Origin: a virus
Strand: one strand, 5' to 3'
Length of the DNA stretch: 64,000 nt
IMG/VR virus record: IMGVR_UViG_3300043607_000053
A model generated the notes under the pieces. It had not been told where the DNA came from, made no database searches, and saw only the letters and a list, made by a program, of their open reading frames with translations. A program made the translations under genes and the position numbers. Of the stretch, positions 57,881-64,000 are shown in pieces (within the stretch, counting starts at the first letter, position 1; every line of letters begins with the position of its first letter).

Positions 57881-58198
57881 ATGGACACTTTAATTGAGTT
57901 TAAAAATTTGGCTGAACTATTGAAAGGAGAAAAGCTCACAGAAAGAGATATTTCAATATTGAATGCCTTTAATCGTGATTACTATGATCACTATTACAAT
58001 TATTGCCAAATATGTGATGCAAGGCTATTGCCGGACGATAAATATTTAATTGATCACAACAGAGATTTTTCTATTGTGTGCAGCAAGCATAGGGAATACG
58101 CTACTTATTTTCAAATAGACGTGATAAGAGAAAAATTAGGGTATGCTAAATCGAGGTTTTCTTTTGTGGAATTGCTAGGACGGGAGTTTAAAAAATAA
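57881..58198 (+). CDS. Zinc-finger-like hypothetical protein
   Basis: CQIC...CSKH. Confidence 0.6.
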   Translation: MDTLIEFKNLAELLKGEKLTERDISILNAFNRDYYDHYYNYCQICDARLLPDDKYLIDHNRDFSIVCSKHREYATYFQIDVIREKLGYAKSRFSFVELLGREFKK

Positions 58199-58208
58199 AT
58201 GTGGTAGT

Positions 58209-58604
58209 ATGGGTGTGAAATGTTACATGGTGGAACCTGTAAAATCGGAAGGCAAAACTGATCATTGGATCAGAAAGGACACCGGTGAAATTTTTGATGT
58301 TCCTTCCCATTGGGATCTCCCCGTAGGAGCCATGTTTTATGCTACCTGGTTGGAGGGTGTGGAAGGTAGTTGTGGATTAGACGGTAAAAGTATAATAGTT
58401 ATCACGCCCGGCGGTGCCTGGTATATTGATGGCCATGCATCCAATTGTACGTTACCCGACGATAATATTCATAAATGCTGGTGCAGGCATGGAGAGCCGC
58501 CCAATTTAACGGTAGACAAAAACGGAGATACCTGTACGGCGGGATCTGGCAGCATTATAATAGGCGACTACCACGGATTTTTAATAAATGGAGAGCTGAC
58601 ATGA
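58209..58604 (+). CDS. Cys/His-rich protein, distant DUF6527-like
   Basis: WCRHGEPPNLTV...SI...YHGFLINGEL. Confidence 0.6.
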   Translation: MGVKCYMVEPVKSEGKTDHWIRKDTGEIFDVPSHWDLPVGAMFYATWLEGVEGSCGLDGKSIIVITPGGAWYIDGHASNCTLPDDNIHKCWCRHGEPPNLTVDKNGDTCTAGSGSIIIGDYHGFLINGELT

Positions 58605-59017
58605 ATAGAGTAATTGAATCTGCAGTGAAGTCAGGACATGGCAATGCCGTGATCATCGCCGGGTTTGCAGGATTGGTATTAAGTGATATCATTCCGACCC
58701 CTGGTGATGCATTATACTTTTGGGACCAGCGCCGGTTAAAAAGAAAATTGGAGCTGGGACAAATAACAGCACGCCAGTATTGGTTAAAAAATGCAGCCGG
58801 CTATTACCTGTATAATTCGGCATGGTGGGGTATTGTTTTCGGAGCTGTCATGTTAAGCAAAGGCAGCTTTTCGCACAAATTGAAATTGGGTATTGGCCTG
58901 GCAGGATCCGGCGCTGTGATGGCTGTTATTCACAGAAACATTATAAACGATAAGAAAGATGAAAAACAATCTAACATCGCGGGACCTGGACAACCTGATC
59001 AGCGAAAAGCTGGATAA
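58601..59017 (+). CDS. Multi-pass membrane protein
   Basis: ATG 58601; three hydrophobic segments, IIPTPGDALYFW. Confidence 0.7.
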   Translation: MNRVIESAVKSGHGNAVIIAGFAGLVLSDIIPTPGDALYFWDQRRLKRKLELGQITARQYWLKNAAGYYLYNSAWWGIVFGAVMLSKGSFSHKLKLGIGLAGSGAVMAVIHRNIINDKKDEKQSNIAGPGQPDQRKAG

Positions 59018-59171
59018 CTGTGAATATTACAGTAATATCTGTGAACTGATCCAAACACCGGTGGGGCGTCAACGTGTAGAAAAGCGGATTAAGGAAATAA
59101 TTGAGCAGGATGGTATAACCAGTATTTCCGCTGCGCTGGCACAGATTGAATCGGAGCTTAGGTTTGAATAA
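58959..59171 (+). CDS. Hypothetical protein
   Basis: 70 aa. Confidence 0.6.
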   Translation: MKNNLTSRDLDNLISEKLDNCEYYSNICELIQTPVGRQRVEKRIKEIIEQDGITSISAALAQIESELRFE

Positions 59172-59172
59172 A

Positions 59173-59204
59173 AACGAGACAGGATACCGGCATCCTGTCT
59201 CGTT
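59173..59204 (-). terminator. Perfect 13-bp hairpin with a T-tract only on the minus strand
   Basis: AACGAGACAGGAT-accggc-ATCCTGTCTCGTT. Confidence 0.55.
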
Positions 59205-59230
59205 GAAAGCGAATCACAACTAATGATACG

Positions 59231-59302
59231 ATGATACGCGGGTTAATCGCAATACCAAAGTGGGTGTTTGAAATTGCATCAAAAATAGGAAGAATCTTAT
59301 AA
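59231..59302 (+). CDS. Possible 23-aa amphipathic peptide MIRGLIAIPKWVFEIASKIGRIL
   Basis: Read directly; no homology known to me. Confidence 0.3.
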   Translation: MIRGLIAIPKWVFEIASKIGRIL

Positions 59303-59351
59303 ATGAAAAATTTGATTAAACGGTGGTCAAGAAAAGCCAAAAAACAGTAAC

Positions 59352-62300
59352 ATGAATCCATTCATAGGCGATAATTTCTTCAAACAGAACCCTTCCAAAG
59401 TTTTGGGTAAACAATACACCAAAAAGGGCCGGTTTGGATCTGATATGATCATGGTGGAAGGAAATTTTAGCGATATTGACAAAATTGAAGCCTCCCCGGT
59501 CGAGGTAGTGGATATATATGCTCACCAGGTATTCAGCAAAGAGACAAAACAGGAAATTATTGACCAAGTATTCCAACAAGAGGAAAAGGAAAATACTGAG
59601 AAGAAAGTAACAAAACGCCGGAAAGGAAAATCGGATGAGAAGGAAACAGAAAATGACAATGAAGTTTATTCATTTGCCGAGATCGATCAATTATACAACG
59701 AGGGCATTACCCGGGATGAAAAAGAAGCCTATTATTTCACTCACCCGGAGCTGAATTATAAATTACTATTCGATAAATACACCAATAGCAAAGAAGATTT
59801 TATAAAGAAAAGCCTTATTTGCTGGGACCCGGAGCTTAGGGAATTTGTATATCGATATACCTATCAATCCGGTAATGTATCAAAAAAGATATCGGACCTG
59901 CAGCGTGAAAAGGATCGCTTTATCTCCAGCCTGGGAGAGCCAATGTGGAATAAGCAACTGGCCATGCTAAATGATGTAAGACCTAAGCAAAAAGGGTTTG
60001 TGGGGGATGAAAAAATTGTGCTATTGCCCCATTCCAATTTTGTAAAGGAGTTTCAGATTGAGGAATTACGATTTGGAAAACCGCAGCTCAATGGAGCTAC
60101 CAGCCTGGTGTATGCATTTAAACGCTGGTTATCTGAATTGCCACCGGATAATTTTAAGAAATCCACTGTTCGTGAAATCATTGAATATTACCTGGATAAC
60201 AAGGCGATCAGTATAGATAGTAAAGCCAACAAAGCCGAACAGGTTAAGCAGGAAAAGAATGCGATCAATATAAGACAGCGAACAAAAGAAGAGGGCGACG
60301 AACTGTTTGCCCGTTTTCTTTCTGATGAATTGCTCCCGGAGGACCAGGCGAAGCTGGCTTATATGTGGAATCAGAAATTTAATAGCCTGGCTGAACCGGA
60401 TTTGAATAAGATCCCTGTGTGTTTTAAGATGGGTAAGAAATTCAAAGCCGGACCATTGTTGCTTAATCCTACACAAAGACGAGCTGCTGCAATGGCTACG
60501 GAAAAGAAAAGTACATTATTGGCTTATGGAGTGGGAGTTGGTAAAACGCTTGCATCGATCGTATGTTTTTCGCAGGCATACTATAACGGTTATGCAAACA
60601 AAGGTTGTTTTGTGGTGCCCACAAATACCTATGATAAATGGGTAGGCGAAATACAGGGCTATACAGATAGTAAGACCGGTAAGTTCATGCATGGTGCCCT
60701 TCCGCAAATGCCACCGGTGATTGGCTTGTATAACCTTAATCCCAACATTGTAAGGGAAAAGCTGAAAATTTATACCAAAGACGAACAGGCAAAACTGGAT
60801 AGCATTGAAGAAGCAATCCATAAAATCAAAACTTTTAAAGGAGATATCCCTACCGATAACCAAACGCAAATAATCAATAGAATTTATCCTGTCAACTGGT
60901 TGGGATTACGGGCTGCGTATGGCAACTACCTGGAACTAACCAGCAGTAAGCGTCCGAAAACACTAATGGAGTATGCTGCGGAGTATCTTAAAGAAGAGTT
61001 TAATTACTATATATACGACCTGGGCAGGATCAAAGAATTTGCTGATGGTACCATTTTCGTGATAACGGAAGTAGGTCTGCAGCGTCTTGGTCTGAATGAA
61101 GGCCACAAGGACGAACTGGCCGGTAAATTCTATACCATATTGTCACAGGGAGAATCGACTGCAGGCCGTGAGGCAGGCCGTGATATCGCCAAACTCATGG
61201 AAAAAATAAATCAGACTGTCTCCAGCAGCATGAAAAATGCAAAATTGCTGGTAGAAGATTTTGGCATTAACTGGGTATGTTTTGATGAAGCCCATTATTA
61301 TAAAAAGATTTTCACCTATGTAAAGGGTGCTATCAAAGGAGAATCGATTGACGAAGAAACCGGGCAGAAAAAATACAAGCGTGATAAAAGCAAATATGAA
61401 TTGAAGTCCGGCGCCTTTCCTTCATCCCGGGCGCTCAGTGCCTTTGTGATGAGCCATTATATTCAAAGCCAAAATGCCAACAGGAATGTCATACAACTAA
61501 CCGCGACGCCGTTCACGAATAGCCCACTGGAAGTATATTCAATGCTTGCTCTTACCAATTATCATTTACTGGAAGAGCTGGGCCTGTCCAATATGGTTGA
61601 TTTCTTTGACACATTTATGCGGATCAATTATGATATCAAATACACACCGCAAAAAACAGTAGTTAAAGACGTAGTGCTTACAGGATATAATAATCTTCCG
61701 CAGCTCCGGCAGATTATTTATTCGCTCATGGATAAAAAGGATGAAGGCGCAAATTTAAAACGTCCGACAAAAGTAATATGGCCATCCATTGACAAGGGCA
61801 TCGAGACAACAATGAAAATGACGTCCGAACAGGAAGAGCTGATGCGCAATGTTAAGTCCTATATTCAGGGAAATTCCGAATACGAAGAGATTTGTTCATC
61901 GGCACTGAAGGAAGAGATTGACAATATTGATTTTGATGGCCTCGGAGATGAGGACCTTATTTCCGAATGGGAGAAATCGACAAGTAATGAATACCAGGGC
62001 GACCGGGAAGAATTAACCGAAGCGAAGCGGCAACAGTTAATCGAACAGATTAAAAAAGCGAAAGCATCCGGAATAGAATTTAGCGCCGGGGACCTGGCAG
62101 AAGAAGAGGCTATGGGTGTGCGCATTCTCAAAGGGCTGGCCATGATGCGGCAGATCACTCTTTCTCCTTACCTGTATTATAAAGCCTGCAGAAAGGCCGG
62201 GGAAATGGCTTCGCAACTACCTGATTGGCTGGACTATGTAAACAGCAGCCCGAAATTCAAATATACAATGGGTTGCATTGATAGTGCAATGAGGTGGCAT

Positions 62301-63944
62301 AAAGAGAACGGAACAAAGCCGGGAGGCCATGTTATTTACATGAATGCTGGTGTTGAATATTTTCCACTCTTGAAAGAGTACCTGGTACGCAAGCTGGGTT
62401 TTAAGGAAAACCAGGTAGGCATCGTTAGCGGTGGAATGGGCAAAAACGCAAAGGAATCAGTTAAACAAAAATTCCTGGCCGGTGATATCCTGGTATTGAT
62501 AGGAAGCAGTACAATTAGTGTTGGTGTGGATCTGCAATCTAATGCATCCACACTTTATAACCTGTATTATGATTGGAACCCGACCGATGCGGCACAGATA
62601 GAGGGCCGGATATGGCGCCAGGGAAACCGGTTTGCATTTACGAGGATCGTTTATCCTCAATGTTTCAATAGTGCTGACCCGGTAATTTTTGAATATCTCA
62701 ATTCAAAAACTTTGCGTATAAATGAAATCTGGAATCGTAGCAGCACGATGCAGGAACTTGATTTGCGTGACTTCGATCCAAAGAAATTACAGAAGGAGCT
62801 GATCACTGATCCGGAAGAGAAAGCCGATTGGGAAATTTTGGAGGAAAGCGACCGCATACAGAGCGATATCATATTTGCCGAAAACCGTCGCGAAAGTCTT
62901 AGCAATGCTATGTATTCTTTCAGGACTGTAAAGGACCTGCGGCCAAAAGTTATACACTGGATGAATCAATTATCGGCACGCAAAATAAAGATCACCAGGG
63001 ATGAGGCTATTGCTAATCAAAAGGAAAGAATCAGCGAGATCGTTGAAAAGTATAGCGACAATCCGGATAAAATGGCCAGCGAAATCGAGAAATATAAAAA
63101 AAGCAGGTATGACTATGAAAATGATCCGGAAGGGAAATACTTGCCAATGGATTATGCAGAGCTGGGGGATGAAAAAATGTATGCGGATGCAAAAAAATAC
63201 CTGGAACTGGTAGAGGAATGGAATTACCGTAGTGAATCGGATTGGGGCGATCTGTATCTCAACCGTGGATCAATTGAAAGGGAACTGCAGGAGTTTCGCA
63301 ATAATTACAAGGACATGAAAGCTGCAGAGGAAAGAATTATAAAACCAATGGGACTGTCATTTGAAACAGCGTCGGATCCGATGGCTTCTTTTGATGCGAT
63401 GGTGAGCGATTTGCAAAAGCAGCTTACTGAAATAGAAGACAGCCGGCCAGCCCGGGTAAACAGGATCCGGGAGGAAATGGCGAAAAGGAATATTGTTGTT
63501 AAAACTGTGGATGACCGGATAAGGGAGTTTGCATCATTTAACGGAAAATATTTGGAGCCTCAATTGGTTTATACTGATAATAAGCAACAGGAAGTTGTTC
63601 CTGCTACTCAATTACCGGCGGCGGGTGCACAACCAGGTAAAAAGGAAAAACCTGTTACTGCTATGCCGGCAGCTCCGGTGACAAAGCCGGCTATTGAAAA
63701 GAAACAAAAAACGGCACCTGCAGAAAAACCCGTTACTCCAAAACCTGTTATTAAAACACCTGGTGAAATATCTAAGGAAAACAAGCTGGTATCGGTGAAA
63801 AAAGGACCTGCAGATCAGAAAAAAATAATCAAGCAGCAGATCGAGGCGCTTACTATTGCGCTTCAATTTGCTGAAAATAAGAGCAAACCTGTTCTTACCA
63901 GGGAGATCGATGCGCTGGATATTGCATTACAATTTGCAGCGTAA
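59352..63944 (+). CDS. DarB-like SF2 (SNF2-type) helicase, without a fused MTase
   Basis: AYGVGVGKT, FDEAH, LTATPFTNSPLE, VGVDLQ, WNPTD..QIEGRIWRQGN. Confidence 0.85.
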   Translation: MNPFIGDNFFKQNPSKVLGKQYTKKGRFGSDMIMVEGNFSDIDKIEASPVEVVDIYAHQVFSKETKQEIIDQVFQQEEKENTEKKVTKRRKGKSDEKETENDNEVYSFAEIDQLYNEGITRDEKEAYYFTHPELNYKLLFDKYTNSKEDFIKKSLICWDPELREFVYRYTYQSGNVSKKISDLQREKDRFISSLGEPMWNKQLAMLNDVRPKQKGFVGDEKIVLLPHSNFVKEFQIEELRFGKPQLNGATSLVYAFKRWLSELPPDNFKKSTVREIIEYYLDNKAISIDSKANKAEQVKQEKNAINIRQRTKEEGDELFARFLSDELLPEDQAKLAYMWNQKFNSLAEPDLNKIPVCFKMGKKFKAGPLLLNPTQRRAAAMATEKKSTLLAYGVGVGKTLASIVCFSQAYYNGYANKGCFVVPTNTYDKWVGEIQGYTDSKTGKFMHGALPQMPPVIGLYNLNPNIVREKLKIYTKDEQAKLDSIEEAIHKIKTFKGDIPTDNQTQIINRIYPVNWLGLRAAYGNYLELTSSKRPKTLMEYAAEYLKEEFNYYIYDLGRIKEFADGTIFVITEVGLQRLGLNEGHKDELAGKFYTILSQGESTAGREAGRDIAKLMEKINQTVSSSMKNAKLLVEDFGINWVCFDEAHYYKKIFTYVKGAIKGESIDEETGQKKYKRDKSKYELKSGAFPSSRALSAFVMSHYIQSQNANRNVIQLTATPFTNSPLEVYSMLALTNYHLLEELGLSNMVDFFDTFMRINYDIKYTPQKTVVKDVVLTGYNNLPQLRQIIYSLMDKKDEGANLKRPTKVIWPSIDKGIETTMKMTSEQEELMRNVKSYIQGNSEYEEICSSALKEEIDNIDFDGLGDEDLISEWEKSTSNEYQGDREELTEAKRQQLIEQIKKAKASGIEFSAGDLAEEEAMGVRILKGLAMMRQITLSPYLYYKACRKAGEMASQLPDWLDYVNSSPKFKYTMGCIDSAMRWHKENGTKPGGHVIYMNAGVEYFPLLKEYLVRKLGFKENQVGIVSGGMGKNAKESVKQKFLAGDILVLIGSSTISVGVDLQSNASTLYNLYYDWNPTDAAQIEGRIWRQGNRFAFTRIVYPQCFNSADPVIFEYLNSKTLRINEIWNRSSTMQELDLRDFDPKKLQKELITDPEEKADWEILEESDRIQSDIIFAENRRESLSNAMYSFRTVKDLRPKVIHWMNQLSARKIKITRDEAIANQKERISEIVEKYSDNPDKMASEIEKYKKSRYDYENDPEGKYLPMDYAELGDEKMYADAKKYLELVEEWNYRSESDWGDLYLNRGSIERELQEFRNNYKDMKAAEERIIKPMGLSFETASDPMASFDAMVSDLQKQLTEIEDSRPARVNRIREEMAKRNIVVKTVDDRIREFASFNGKYLEPQLVYTDNKQQEVVPATQLPAAGAQPGKKEKPVTAMPAAPVTKPAIEKKQKTAPAEKPVTPKPVIKTPGEISKENKLVSVKKGPADQKKIIKQQIEALTIALQFAENKSKPVLTREIDALDIALQFAA

Positions 63945-64000
63945 TTTTTGAAATATTCAAATACGAATTATGAGCTACGATAAAGCGAAACTGAAAGAAA

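Larger units (their letters stand above)
1..64000. mobile_element. Large Bacteroidota virus / phage-plasmid segment, probably tailless and membrane-containing; both ends lie outside the window
   Basis: No housekeeping genes; operon-packed small genes; virion-like membrane module, PG hydrolases, ParA system, DarB-like helicase and MTases; no tail, terminase or portal recognised. Confidence 0.8.

Noticed and set aside
63970-64000. ORF start MSYDKAKLKE at the window edge
   Set aside because: Only 10 codons are visible, so no product can be assigned.
1-64000. tRNA/rRNA genes, integrase, recoded stop codons
   Set aside because: None were recognised by eye, and long ORFs read normally in code 11. 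tRNAscan-SE was not run.

Overview
The whole 64 kb window looks like part of one large viral or plasmid-like element of a Bacteroidota host. It is gene-dense and has no housekeeping genes. It carries TAnnTTTG-type promoters and captured Bacteroidota envelope domains. I see no terminase, portal, HK97 capsid or tail genes. 1-14.1 kb (+) is a virion-like module: about 18 small single-pass membrane proteins, a HExxH zincin, an annexin-repeat protein, a LEA_2 protein, a spike-like repeat protein, a polysaccharide lyase, membrane-anchored peptidoglycan binders and hydrolases, a probable jelly-roll-like protein and a 7-bladed propeller protein. This pattern best fits a membrane-containing, tailless (PRD1/Varidnaviria-like) virus, which is an inference. 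14.3-26.3 kb (mostly -) holds a 225-bp TIR/TSD-bounded cassette that interrupts a small gene, an inverted lipoprotein copy of the propeller, a C5 DNA methyltransferase, regulators and small hypotheticals. 27-32.8 kb holds a candidate Rep, a candidate sRNA, and ParA plus a small adaptor surrounded by AGGTGCAAAT-type palindromes, suggesting plasmid-like maintenance. 32.8-52.6 kb holds a large glycosyltransferase/methyltransferase cluster with a GT11 pseudogene, and a HerA-like ATPase. 53.4-63.9 kb holds a 1485-aa polyvalent protein punctuated by [FYM]xxGG motifs (papain-like, JAB/RadC, DUF2958-like and N6-MTase domains) and a separate DarB-like SF2 helicase. All family calls come from motif recognition by eye; no database searches were run.
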